From an uncultured Clostridium sp. (GTDB lineage Bacteria; Bacillota; Clostridia; TANB77; CAG-508), in contig CAKNPW010000001.1 of NCBI GenBank assembly GCA_930990555.1, positions 35,007 through 99,006 of the forward strand: a stretch of 64,000 nt of DNA, written 5' to 3'. Below the pieces are notes generated by a model. That model saw only the letters and a list, made by a program, of their open reading frames with translations, ran no database searches and had not been told where the DNA came from. Made by a program: the position numbers and the translations under genes. This document shows, in pieces, positions 18,759-27,947 of this stretch. Every line of letters begins with the position of its first letter. Within the stretch, counting starts at the first letter, position 1.

Positions 18759-19759
18759 TGAATGCTCCTCCTATAAATTTCCTTAAGTTGCTCAAATTGT
18801 TCCTTTGGTGCCTTTCTAGCTTCCATTTGTTTATATACTAATTCATATCTTTCTTTAAATTCTTTTTTTGTATTGTCATTATCTTCATCTCTAACAACTT
18901 TAAGGGTCTCTATTATATCACAAAATCTCTCAGAAGGAAATACTTGTGTTGGATTATATTCATTTGCCAAATTTCCACGTATATATACATTAATACTACT
19001 TATTCTTTTATCATTCATTATTTCTTCAACGTTTGGTATTAATGCTTCATATGATTCATCATGTCTTCCTACAGATGTTAATTTAGCAGTTTTTAATCCA
19101 TGTATTATTTGTAGCTCATATCTTTCATGTACTGATAATAAGCTATTTAACTTACCAACAGCTAAGATATAAACAGAAATTTTATAATTATTTTTTACAA
19201 GTTCTTCTGCATCAACTCCTAATAATCCTTTGTTTTGGGATGGAGCTGATTCTTTTATAATATTATATTTATTTGCTATTGCATATTCGTATATATTATC
19301 CGCATGGTCATACGCATCTGGTCCAGTTAAAAATGGATATAATACTTGATACTCATTTGCAATATCTTTTGCATCATACCTAAAGTGTTTATATTTATCT
19401 GAATCAACAAAAATATAATTTTCGTCTTCTCTTAAAAGTTTTGCAGTTAAATTGCTTTTTCCACTACCTGTTTGTGCTGCAACTATTTTTATTTGAGGAT
19501 TTTCTACTCTCTTTTTATTATAAAAAGTAATTGCCATAACAAAGAAAAAGGTTCTTAAATATTCTTCATCACTTAATAATTTTTCTTTCATTAATTTTTT
19601 GGTAGGTTCATCTACATTTTTAGAAAATTGAACTTCTTTAATTCTAGTTGCATATTTTAATAAATTTTCTGGTTTATCTGGCAACATTTCTATTATTTGG
19701 TTAGGTATTTGCTTTATTATTTTATCGTATACTTCTTTTAAAATTTCTCTTCTTTCCAT
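18755..19759 (-). CDS. Zeta-toxin-like P-loop kinase (copy 1)
   Basis: 334 aa, Walker A AAQTGSGKSN; paralog of 17488-18549. Confidence 0.5.
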   Translation of the reverse strand: MERREILKEVYDKIIKQIPNQIIEMLPDKPENLLKYATRIKEVQFSKNVDEPTKKLMKEKLLSDEEYLRTFFFVMAITFYNKKRVENPQIKIVAAQTGSGKSNLTAKLLREDENYIFVDSDKYKHFRYDAKDIANEYQVLYPFLTGPDAYDHADNIYEYAIANKYNIIKESAPSQNKGLLGVDAEELVKNNYKISVYILAVGKLNSLLSVHERYELQIIHGLKTAKLTSVGRHDESYEALIPNVEEIMNDKRISSINVYIRGNLANEYNPTQVFPSERFCDIIETLKVVRDEDNDNTKKEFKERYELVYKQMEARKAPKEQFEQLKEIYRRSIQ

Positions 19760-19760
19760 A

Positions 19761-19943
19761 TTAAAACTCCTTATTTAATATCTTTTTGACACTTTCTCTA
19801 TTTCCTTTATATGCACTTTCTTGAAGTGCTATTAACTTATTAAGTTTTATTTCGTCTTCTTTAGTTTTTAAATTAAACATAGCATTTGCAATTTCTGCCA
19901 TTATTATCTCTAACGAAACTTCTAGTTCTACATGTTCTTGCAT
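19761..19943 (-). CDS. Small helical protein, putative epsilon-like antitoxin (copy 1)
   Basis: 60 aa. Its stop is 1 nt from the start of the kinase gene. Confidence 0.4.
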   Translation of the reverse strand: MQEHVELEVSLEIIMAEIANAMFNLKTKEDEIKLNKLIALQESAYKGNRESVKKILNKEF

Positions 19944-19999
19944 TTTACAGCCTCCTTTTTATATACTTTACTATTTAAAATAGAATTTTCAATTGACAT

Positions 20000-20506
20000 C
20001 TAAATACTAAAAGATGATGCTTTCGGAGGAGTTTTACCTTTTATTACATTGTGATAATAATCATAAGTTAAGACAGGTTTATCACTTATAATTTTTGCCT
20101 CTTCTGCCTCCAATACAAATACAGTATGTGTGCCACAATCTATTTCATTTATTATGTTTGCTTCTATATATGATGAAGTTGCTTTGGTAATTATCGGAAT
20201 ATTATTCTTTCCCATTATATGCTCTGTTCCATCCAATTTATCAAAGTCCTTACTACTTCTAAATCCAAATTTTCCGATTAATAACATATCTGCATCTTGT
20301 GATAACACAGATATATTCACTTTTTTAGCTTGCTTCATTGTTATATTCGTATTGTTCTCTTTATTAACTGTTACTAATAATTTTGGTTTTTTCTCTGCTG
20401 TGGCTTGTACAACAGTATTTACAACACATCCTGCAAAATGCTCTTCATATTTTGTAGTAATAATATATAGTCCATATGATAATTTAAAAAATGCTTCTTT
20501 TTGCAT
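20000..20506 (-). CDS. Flavin reductase-like domain protein (flavoredoxin family)
   Basis: LSYGLYIITT...GCVVNTV N-terminal signature of the Flavin_Reduct fold. Confidence 0.65.
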   Translation of the reverse strand: MQKEAFFKLSYGLYIITTKYEEHFAGCVVNTVVQATAEKKPKLLVTVNKENNTNITMKQAKKVNISVLSQDADMLLIGKFGFRSSKDFDKLDGTEHIMGKNNIPIITKATSSYIEANIINEIDCGTHTVFVLEAEEAKIISDKPVLTYDYYHNVIKGKTPPKASSFSI

Positions 20507-20533
20507 TACTCTCTTCCTCCTTCGAGATTTTTT

Positions 20534-20575
20534 GGTTCTCCTCGGGATTTGGGGACGTTCCTCAAAATCCCTATT
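20534..20575. repeat. Family-A repeat, copy A3
   Basis: cgggatttggggacgttcctcaaaatccctat. Confidence 0.7.
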
Positions 20576-20581
20576 ATATTT

Positions 20582-20887
20582 TTATTTAACCCTTGTATAT
20601 TCTTTGACATCTAGCTTTGCAGATAAAATATTTATCTTTTCAGCGTTTTTTATTATTGCTTCCTTATCACTTTTTGCTAAATGTTTTATCTGATACTCTA
20701 ATTTAGAAGCCAGTTTTCTATCATCACTACTCCAAACTGCCTCTAATTTTTTAGCTTTATGCCTTTTGGTATATTTAGCACATTTTTCTCCTTGGGTAAA
20801 ATGTTCATCCATTCTTCTTTCCAAATCAGTAGTAATCCCTGTATAAATTGAATCATCTTTACATCTTAACATATATGTATAATACAT
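20582..20887 (-). CDS. GIY-YIG nuclease family protein (YhbQ/UPF0213-like)
   Basis: MYYTYMLRCKDDSIYTGITTDLERRMDEH matches the GIY-YIG core. The start is 1 nt from the stop of the AAA+ gene. Confidence 0.75.
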   Translation of the reverse strand: MYYTYMLRCKDDSIYTGITTDLERRMDEHFTQGEKCAKYTKRHKAKKLEAVWSSDDRKLASKLEYQIKHLAKSDKEAIIKNAEKINILSAKLDVKEYTRVK

Positions 20888-20888
20888 T

Positions 20889-23345
20889 TTAAAAACCTAT
20901 CCTTCTTGCTTCATTTTTTGCTGTTAATTTTTCTGCATCTATATCATCTTCTGTTATAATCATTAAATTATCGTCATCATCAATATTTTCTACATTTCTA
21001 GAATGTTCAATTAAAATATCTTGATATATTTGATTTATATATCTTGCATTTCCAAAATCTTCAACTTTTTTTGATGTTTCAATTATACTTTCTACTTTTT
21101 TTAGTGCTTCATTTGTAATTTTTAAGTTGTTTTTCTCTACTAATTGTTTAAAAATATCTATTAATTCTTGACTTGTATAATCATCAAACTTTATCGTATA
21201 TCCTATTCTAGATTTTAATCCAGGATTATATTTGATAAATTTTTCCATCTGCTTTTCATATCCTGCGAATATAACTATTAAATTATCTTTTTGATCTTCT
21301 AATACTTTCAATATTGTTGTCATACAATCACTTGCAAAAGAAGCATTAGAACCACTATCTACAATAGAATATGCTTCATCAATAAATAATACTCCACCAA
21401 AAGCTGATTTCAATACATTATATGTCTTACCTGCTGTTTGTCCAACATATTCTGCAATAAGATCTTTTGCTGATACTTCTACAAGTTTATTTTTCTTAGT
21501 GTAACCTAAATTATACAGGATATCACTAAAAAGCCTTGCCACAGTTGTTTTACCTGTACCTGGATTTCCTGTGAATACCATATGAAGATTAAATTTAGAA
21601 ATATCAATATTTGCTCGTTTATTAAATTTTAATAAACTTACTAAATTATTAATTTGTTTTTTTATTTTGCCAAGACCAATCATTTCATTTAATTCTGATA
21701 AAATTTGAGGTAAATCTCTTGTATTATATAGATTAGGTATATCTTCTAACTCTAAAGTTCTATTCTTATTCTCATCAAATGTACTATTTTCATTTAATAT
21801 TATCTTATTAAATAACACTTTAGCATATTCTGTATTTTTAAGTTCACTACTTCCATAGCTTAATTTTATATAATTATATATCTTCTCTTTTATTTCAGCA
21901 GTTAATTGCTCTGTTAAGCTTAATCTTTCTATAACTATATTATAAACCTCATCTATATCTAATTCATCTATGTTTAATTCTATATTAAATAGATTCTCTG
22001 ATAAAATCGGATGTTTATCTAATATGCCTTTTATTACCTCTTTATTTCCATAAATCATTGTTACTATTCTAGAATTATTTTTTAATATTTTTTCTGCTAG
22101 TAAATTTAAAATAATATTTTGATCTTTATCTGATGCATAAATTATATTTTGAAAATCCATAATCCTTATTATTCCATATTTGTATGTAGTTTTTCCAGTA
22201 CTATAATCAACATACATTTTATTTATTAAATTTTTGTCAGATATTATCTCGTTCATTGAATATTCATAATATTTTGTACTTTCTTTTAAATATACAAAAT
22301 ACCACATATATTCACCAATTAACTCTGAAATATTTGTAGCCATCTCCCTATCTTCTGTATACATTACAATATTAATAGGAACAAAAGGTGTCGCTGTTGT
22401 ATAATTATAATTTAAAACATAATTAAATAATCTTTTTATCTTATTTTTAGTTTCTTTATTACAAGATAACTTTTCCACTTTATTTAAATATATTCTGTTA
22501 AAATACTTCCCTCTATTTGTTATCTTATCTTTATTTCTTCTTGACAAATATCTTTCTAGTTGTTTTATAACATCTACTTTTTTTACTTCAATTAGATATG
22601 TATAATATGCAGCCAATTTATATACATATTCATAACTTTGGTCTGTATTATCATCTATATTTTTTTCGAATTCTTCTATATCAAATGCTAGCTCATTATC
22701 ATAATTTCCTAAATAATATTCATGTATTTTATTTATATAATATGTGCTATTTTCCAAATTAATTATGTTTAATACATTAAATTTAGCTTGTTTAGTTACT
22801 TCATTGTATTCTTTTAATTTGATAAATTCATTTTTTAATAATATTTCAACAAACATTAAAGTTACTGTGTCTATTTTATCAAATTTTATATCTATTGAAT
22901 TATATAAAATTGGAGTTTTACCCTCATTTAAAAATATATTTAACAACTTCTTTGCATCTATTACAACTTTGTCTCTTTTTTGTGCACTTAATATTTCATA
23001 CAAAAAATTTCTTACTAAGTATTTTATACAATATTGTAGCCCACATTTTTCACATTTTAGTTTCTTTTCTCCTATTTTGTCTATAAATACATTTCTTGCA
23101 ATGTTTAAATTTATTCTATAGTTACAATTCATTAGAAATTCCAAATAATTATAATCTGATGGAATACAGCTTTTAATAATTGCATATTTTATTTGATTAT
23201 TATTTGCTTCTGCTTCTGTCTGTTGATACATTTCTACTAAATTGAATTTTAAATACATTAACATGATCTTTAAAGTAGGTTTGTCTATGTTTTTATATAA
23301 CTCAAATTCTTTACTATTTGCCAATTTTTCTAAATATTCGTCCAT
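20889..23345 (-). CDS. AAA+ ATPase of the CbbX/SpoVK/EccA-like clade with a ~570-aa unknown N-terminal domain
   Basis: 818 aa. C-terminal FTGNPGTGKTTVARL Walker A, DEAY Walker B, GNAR motif. N-terminus contains CEKCGLQYC. No TM segments. Confidence 0.7.
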   Translation of the reverse strand: MDEYLEKLANSKEFELYKNIDKPTLKIMLMYLKFNLVEMYQQTEAEANNNQIKYAIIKSCIPSDYNYLEFLMNCNYRINLNIARNVFIDKIGEKKLKCEKCGLQYCIKYLVRNFLYEILSAQKRDKVVIDAKKLLNIFLNEGKTPILYNSIDIKFDKIDTVTLMFVEILLKNEFIKLKEYNEVTKQAKFNVLNIINLENSTYYINKIHEYYLGNYDNELAFDIEEFEKNIDDNTDQSYEYVYKLAAYYTYLIEVKKVDVIKQLERYLSRRNKDKITNRGKYFNRIYLNKVEKLSCNKETKNKIKRLFNYVLNYNYTTATPFVPINIVMYTEDREMATNISELIGEYMWYFVYLKESTKYYEYSMNEIISDKNLINKMYVDYSTGKTTYKYGIIRIMDFQNIIYASDKDQNIILNLLAEKILKNNSRIVTMIYGNKEVIKGILDKHPILSENLFNIELNIDELDIDEVYNIVIERLSLTEQLTAEIKEKIYNYIKLSYGSSELKNTEYAKVLFNKIILNENSTFDENKNRTLELEDIPNLYNTRDLPQILSELNEMIGLGKIKKQINNLVSLLKFNKRANIDISKFNLHMVFTGNPGTGKTTVARLFSDILYNLGYTKKNKLVEVSAKDLIAEYVGQTAGKTYNVLKSAFGGVLFIDEAYSIVDSGSNASFASDCMTTILKVLEDQKDNLIVIFAGYEKQMEKFIKYNPGLKSRIGYTIKFDDYTSQELIDIFKQLVEKNNLKITNEALKKVESIIETSKKVEDFGNARYINQIYQDILIEHSRNVENIDDDDNLMIITEDDIDAEKLTAKNEARRIGF

Positions 23346-23505
23346 AAAATCACTCCTTAACTTTAAGATATATTTAAGAATTTATAATGTCAATATTTTT
23401 TTAATTTTTTTTAGTTTTGTATGGACTTTTTTTACGTTTTTGTGTATGATAATATCATATAAAATAGATAATATAAACAAGGGACATTTTAGGAGGGTTA
23501 AACAT

Positions 23506-23799
23506 ATGATAAAAAGAATTTTATTAATAATGCCAATAATAATTTTAAGTTTATTTTTCGTAAATATTGCACCTGCTTTTGCAGTAGATGATATAGACAT
23601 GAATCTTACATCAAATGAAACATCTAATACTGTAGCTACAGCATCTACTTATCAGCCAACTACACCTGGAACTTATACTTCTACTTCTACATCTTCTAGC
23701 AGTATAGATATTTCTAATATTTTAAATATTTTATTAATTGTAATTGGAATATTACTTATTTTATTAAGTATTGCTATATTAATTAGATTAAAACATTAA
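23506..23799 (+). CDS. Small secreted/tail-anchored protein (signal peptide, Thr/Ser-rich linker, C-terminal TM)
   Basis: RBS AGGAGGG 8 nt before ATG 23506. MIKRILLIMPIIILSLFFVNIAPAFA signal sequence. C-terminal ILLIVIGILLILLSIAILIRLKH. The ORF-track entry 23242-23799 is an in-frame upstream extension. Confidence 0.55.
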   Translation: MIKRILLIMPIIILSLFFVNIAPAFAVDDIDMNLTSNETSNTVATASTYQPTTPGTYTSTSTSSSSIDISNILNILLIVIGILLILLSIAILIRLKH

Positions 23800-23958
23800 T
23801 TTTATTACCAATCTTTAGCTAGATTGGTTTATTTTTTTTGCATATTTTTAATTAAATTTCTAAAAATAATATTGAGGTATTTTTATTATTTGTGATTTTA
23901 ATTAAACTTATGTTTATTATTACAAATGAAATCCTCAAACTTTAGCAGGAGGTAAATC

Positions 23959-24393
23959 ATGGCTAATATAGCTAAAAAGATTTCTTTTATTATATTTTCT
24001 TCTGTAATAGTATTTTTTATAACTGGTAATTCTTTTGCTAATAATGACATGCTTCATAAAGCAGCAGAATCTACCAAAAATGGTGTTGGGCATACAGAAA
24101 ATGTTATGCAGGATGCATCAAATGCTGTTCAAAATACTTCAAACTCAATAAAAGATATGTCTAGTAATGTTGTTACAAAAACTCAAGAGCAAACAAAAGA
24201 TTTTGTAAATGGCGTTGGTAACGTTGCTACAGATATGAAAGATGGTGTATATAACGCCACTAGAACTGCTGGGACAGCAACCACTTCAGCTTTTTCTAAT
24301 GGCACAGTTTGGTCTTGGATAATAGTTATAGCTGTTGTATTAGGAATTGCATTTCTTATATGGTATTTAGTTAAAAGAAATCATAATGAATAA
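23959..24393 (+). CDS. Small secreted/tail-anchored protein (signal peptide, polar region, C-terminal TM)
   Basis: RBS GGAGG upstream. N-terminal signal peptide, C-terminal WSWIIVIAVVLGIAFLIWYLVKR. Same architecture as 23506-23799. Confidence 0.55.
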   Translation: MANIAKKISFIIFSSVIVFFITGNSFANNDMLHKAAESTKNGVGHTENVMQDASNAVQNTSNSIKDMSSNVVTKTQEQTKDFVNGVGNVATDMKDGVYNATRTAGTATTSAFSNGTVWSWIIVIAVVLGIAFLIWYLVKRNHNE

Positions 24394-24410
24394 TTTTCAC
24401 ACAAGCGATA

Positions 24411-24450
24411 AGCTGTTACTATTTTGTAACAGCTTAATCTTTACTTTTTA
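24411..24450 (+). terminator. Intrinsic terminator
   Basis: AGCTGTTAC-TATTTT-GTAACAGCT hairpin followed by a T-rich tract. Confidence 0.6.
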
Positions 24451-24560
24451 TATATTCATGTTATAATACAATTATTAATGTTTTTATAAATAGCAATGTA
24501 TTAAATTATCATTTTTATACGTATTATAATCTATATATATTTATTAAGAGGAGTAATTTT

Positions 24561-25016
24561 ATGAGTACAAAATTAATTGCAAAAAATCCTACAGCCAGGC
24601 ATAATTATGAAATTTTAGATACTTACGAAACTGGAATTGTTCTTTCAGGTACAGAAATTAAATCTATAAGATTAGGTAAAGTAAATCTAAAAGATAGCTA
24701 TGCTAGCATTTCCAATGGTGAGTGTTATGTATATAATTTACATATTAGTCCTTATGAGCATGGAAATATATATAATAAAGATCCTTTAAGACCCAAAAAA
24801 TTATTATTGCATAAAAAAGAAATTTTAAAATTATATGGTTTATTAAAACAAAAAGGATATGCTTTAATCCCTTTAAATATTTATTTTAAAGGAAGTTTTG
24901 TAAAATTAGAACTTGGTTTAGGTAAAGGTAAAAAATTATATGATAAAAGAGAAGATTTAAAAAAGAAAGATGCTAAAAAACAAATTATGAAAAATTTACG
25001 CGAAAAAAATTTATAA
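24561..25016 (+). CDS. smpB: SsrA-binding protein
   Basis: 151 aa. The N-terminal region [30 protein letters not shown] and the basic C-terminal tail both match SmpB. Confidence 0.85.
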   Translation: MSTKLIAKNPTARHNYEILDTYETGIVLSGTEIKSIRLGKVNLKDSYASISNGECYVYNLHISPYEHGNIYNKDPLRPKKLLLHKKEILKLYGLLKQKGYALIPLNIYFKGSFVKLELGLGKGKKLYDKREDLKKKDAKKQIMKNLREKNL

Positions 25017-25026
25017 TATTTTTTAA

Positions 25027-25060
25027 AAGACATTACCTAATGGCAATGTCTTTTATTGTT
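25027..25060 (+). terminator. Intrinsic terminator after smpB
   Basis: AAGACATT-ACCTAATGGCA-ATGTCTT hairpin followed by TTTT. Confidence 0.6.
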
Positions 25061-25074
25061 ATTTTTTACTAGAG

Positions 25075-25239
25075 TTATTTGTTGTTTTTGTAACTTACAC
25101 ACATTGTTTCTTTTTCGTTTCCTGTATTTACATTTGTGTTTGGCATAATATTTATAGCCTTTAGTTTACATTCTTGTACTGTTATATCATTGTATTTACA
25201 ACTTCCAACTGAGCAATGAATTTTTTGATTACTTTCCAT
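25075..25239 (-). CDS. DUF1540-like small Cys-rich protein (not in the ORF track)
   Basis: 54 aa, MESNQKIHCSVGSCKYNDITVQECKLKAINI..., RBS GGGAGG upstream. The C-x-V-x-x-C-x-Y-N...C pattern matches DUF1540. Confidence 0.45.
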   Translation of the reverse strand: MESNQKIHCSVGSCKYNDITVQECKLKAINIMPNTNVNTGNEKETMCVSYKNNK

Positions 25240-25368
25240 ATCATTCTACCTCCCTAGTTTTATTATTTACGTTTAAATTCTTTTTATTCTTTTCTATTTT
25301 TTATCCTTGTAACTTCTGCAGATTTTTTTCATATATTATAATAAAAAATTTAAAAGGAGTTTAATTTT

Positions 25369-26049
25369 ATGGATTATGAAATAATGATGAATAATAATTT
25401 AAAAATTGGTATGGAAGCTCCAGATTTTGATGCTGTTTCTACAATGGGAGACATTTCTCTTTCTAATTATAAAGGTAAATGGGTAGTATTTTTCTCACAC
25501 CCAGGCGATTTTACACCTGTGTGTACAACCGAGATAATTGGTTTTGCTAAAGCTGATACATATTTTAAAAAAATCAATACAGAGCTTATTGGAATAAGTG
25601 TTGATGGTTTAAATTCTCATCTTGCTTGGCTTTATGATATTTATTTAAAAACAGGTCTTGTTGTAAATTTTCCTATAATTGCAGATCAAAATGGAGTTAT
25701 CGCCAGAAAATATGGAATGATTTCTAATGATGTAAGTTCTACAGAAACTGTTAGAAATGTATTTATTATTGATGATAAAGGAATTATAAGAAGCATTTTT
25801 GTCTATCCTATGAATATAGGTAGATATATTCCAGAAATATTAAGAACTGTAACAGCATTACAATATGCTGATAAGAATAATTGTATGACACCTGCCAACT
25901 GGGTTCCAGGAAATCCTATGATTGTTCCACCTCCTAAAACATTTAATGCTTTACGTGAAAGGAATGAAAATATTAATAAAAATAAAAATGGTATGTCTTG
26001 GTATTTAAGTTTTAAAGATGTTAATAATACTCCAAAATTGGATAAATAG
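25369..26049 (+). CDS. Peroxiredoxin (AhpC/TSA family, Prx6-like)
   Basis: Peroxidatic cysteine motif GDFTPVCTTE; thioredoxin fold length. Confidence 0.8.
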   Translation: MDYEIMMNNNLKIGMEAPDFDAVSTMGDISLSNYKGKWVVFFSHPGDFTPVCTTEIIGFAKADTYFKKINTELIGISVDGLNSHLAWLYDIYLKTGLVVNFPIIADQNGVIARKYGMISNDVSSTETVRNVFIIDDKGIIRSIFVYPMNIGRYIPEILRTVTALQYADKNNCMTPANWVPGNPMIVPPPKTFNALRERNENINKNKNGMSWYLSFKDVNNTPKLDK

Positions 26050-26078
26050 GGATTTAGGGACGTTCCTTTTTTCCCTAT
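26047..26078. repeat. Family-A repeat, copy A4 (contains the peroxiredoxin TAG stop)
   Basis: tagggatttagggacgttccttttttccctat. Confidence 0.7.
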
Positions 26079-26159
26079 TTTTTCTTACATTCTTCTAAAA
26101 AAGCCTTAAAAATATTGTTCATATTTGCATCTTTTTTTAAGATAAATTTACTTGTTTAA

Positions 26160-26471
26160 TTATATTAAAATATTTACAATATCACAAATATTTATATTAT
26201 ATTCTTTATTAATTTGAATTTTCTTTTTAATATAGTCAATATTTGTTACTTTCCCTTTAATTTTGCTATACTTTCCATTTTTATAAAATGTTATTTTAAC
26301 ATAACTTTCATTTTCAAGCTGATTAAATTTATTGTTTAGCTCATTTAAGGTATCTTCTGATAAATCTCTTTTTTCTTCGTATTCTATTTCTTTTTCTCTT
26401 AGTGCTTCTTGCAACCCCTTTAATGCATCAAATGGAAGAAATTGTTTTGCTCTTGTTACTTTATTCACCAC
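26160..26471 (-). CDS. YolD-like protein
   Basis: 103 aa, directly downstream of and overlapping the Y-family polymerase gene, as for B. subtilis yolD/yqjX. Confidence 0.55.
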   Translation of the reverse strand: MVNKVTRAKQFLPFDALKGLQEALREKEIEYEEKRDLSEDTLNELNNKFNQLENESYVKITFYKNGKYSKIKGKVTNIDYIKKKIQINKEYNINICDIVNILI

Positions 26472-27729
26472 TATTATGACCTCCTATTAATTTATTCCTC
26501 ATTATTGTTGTTGCACCATCTTCTAAATCCATTCCTCTTATTATTGCATTTTTGCCCATTTTATTTTTTATACTACACATTGCAAGTTCTAGTTTTCTTT
26601 CTTCATCTATTTTTTTCTGGTCTGTAAATAAACTTAATTGTACACTTTCTGCTTCAATTACATTTGCAAAATTTACACCTATTCTTCTAATTGGAATATC
26701 TTTATCTGTAGTTTTATCATATATTTCTAAAAAAGCTTTTAAAAGTTCTGAATATATATTAGTACAATTCGTTAATTTTCTAGTTCCTCCAGTCGCTTTT
26801 ATAGTGTTTTTTGAATAGCCTATATAAAGCCCAACAGTATCTGTTACTAAATTATTTTCTATGAGGCGCAAACTTCCTAGCTCCACCATTTCTTTTAATA
26901 CTAGTCTTGCTTTTATAAATGAATAATCTTCAAATAAGACTTGACTATTAGTTATAGAATTTGTTTTAGGTTTATATGCTTTTATATCTGCAATAGTACA
27001 ACTTTCTTTGCCCCAAGAATGGTCTATTAAATATTCTGCATTTACCCCAAATTCTTTATACAATCTTTTTTGTTCTGCATGTGCAATATCATACATATCT
27101 AAAATTCCCATTTTAGTTAATCTTCTTTCTATTCCTTTTCCTATTTGCCAAAAATCCGAAAGTGGTTTATGATGCCATAATTCTTTTTTATATTTTTCTT
27201 CATCTAAATATCCTATGTTATTTGGATTGTGCTTTGCTGTAATATCAAGTGCAATTTTAGCTAGATACATATTTGTTCCAATTCCGGCTGTAGCTGTTAT
27301 TCCATAATTTTTAAATATATCTTTTATTATCTTTTTTGCAAGTTCCATTGGATTTAATTTATATAACCTTAGATATTTAGTAACATCCATAAAAGCTTCA
27401 TCTATTGAGTATACATGTATATCTTCTTTTGAAAAATATTTTAGGTAAATAGCATATATATTTGCTGAATATTCTATATATTTCTTCATTCTTGGGGTTG
27501 CTACTATATATTTTATCGTTGGAGGAATTTCGAAAATTCTACATCTATTTTTTACTCCTAACATTTTCATTTTTGGAGATATTGCTAAACAAATTGTTCC
27601 TTTGCCTCTAGTAGGATCTGCTACTACCAAATTTGTATTAAATGGGTCTAAACCTCTTTCTACACACTCGACAGAAGCATAAAATGTTTTTAAATCTATA
27701 CATAAGTAATATTTCTGCATCATTTTCAC
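26461..27729 (-). CDS. Y-family translesion DNA polymerase (UmuC/YqjW/UvrX-like)
   Basis: N-terminal YLCIDLKTFYASVE motif (compare IDMDAFYASVE), SIDEAF catalytic motif, length 422 aa. Confidence 0.75.
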   Translation of the reverse strand: MKMMQKYYLCIDLKTFYASVECVERGLDPFNTNLVVADPTRGKGTICLAISPKMKMLGVKNRCRIFEIPPTIKYIVATPRMKKYIEYSANIYAIYLKYFSKEDIHVYSIDEAFMDVTKYLRLYKLNPMELAKKIIKDIFKNYGITATAGIGTNMYLAKIALDITAKHNPNNIGYLDEEKYKKELWHHKPLSDFWQIGKGIERRLTKMGILDMYDIAHAEQKRLYKEFGVNAEYLIDHSWGKESCTIADIKAYKPKTNSITNSQVLFEDYSFIKARLVLKEMVELGSLRLIENNLVTDTVGLYIGYSKNTIKATGGTRKLTNCTNIYSELLKAFLEIYDKTTDKDIPIRRIGVNFANVIEAESVQLSLFTDQKKIDEERKLELAMCSIKNKMGKNAIIRGMDLEDGATTIMRNKLIGGHNSGE

Positions 27730-27874
27730 ACTCCAAATTATAAGTATAAACTTATTATAGCATCATTTTTATCTGTTGTAAACGTTTGTTCGTATTTTGT
27801 GATTAAGAAATATTTACCATATTTGTTATAATTTGGTAATTAATATATTATCTATTTTTCATATGCAACAAAAA

Positions 27875-27936
27875 ATAGGGATTTAAGGAACGTCCCCAAA
27901 TCCCTATTCTATAGGAGTGTTCCCAAATCCCTACAT
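27875..27936. repeat. Family-A repeat, copy A5 (double unit)
   Basis: tagggatttaaggaacgtccccaaatccctattctataggagtgttcccaaatccctacat. Confidence 0.7.
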
Positions 27937-27947
27937 TACTATTCAAT

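Noticed and set aside
20130-20693. 187-aa plus-strand ORF
   Set aside because: Antisense to the flavin reductase and GIY-YIG genes and crossing the family-A repeat. Hydrophobic low-complexity translation, so judged spurious.
23242-23505. N-terminal 88 aa of ORF 23242-23799
   Set aside because: This extension overlaps the AAA+ gene start on the other strand and lacks an RBS. The internal ATG at 23506 has a canonical AGGAGGG RBS followed by a signal peptide, so the upstream part is rejected.
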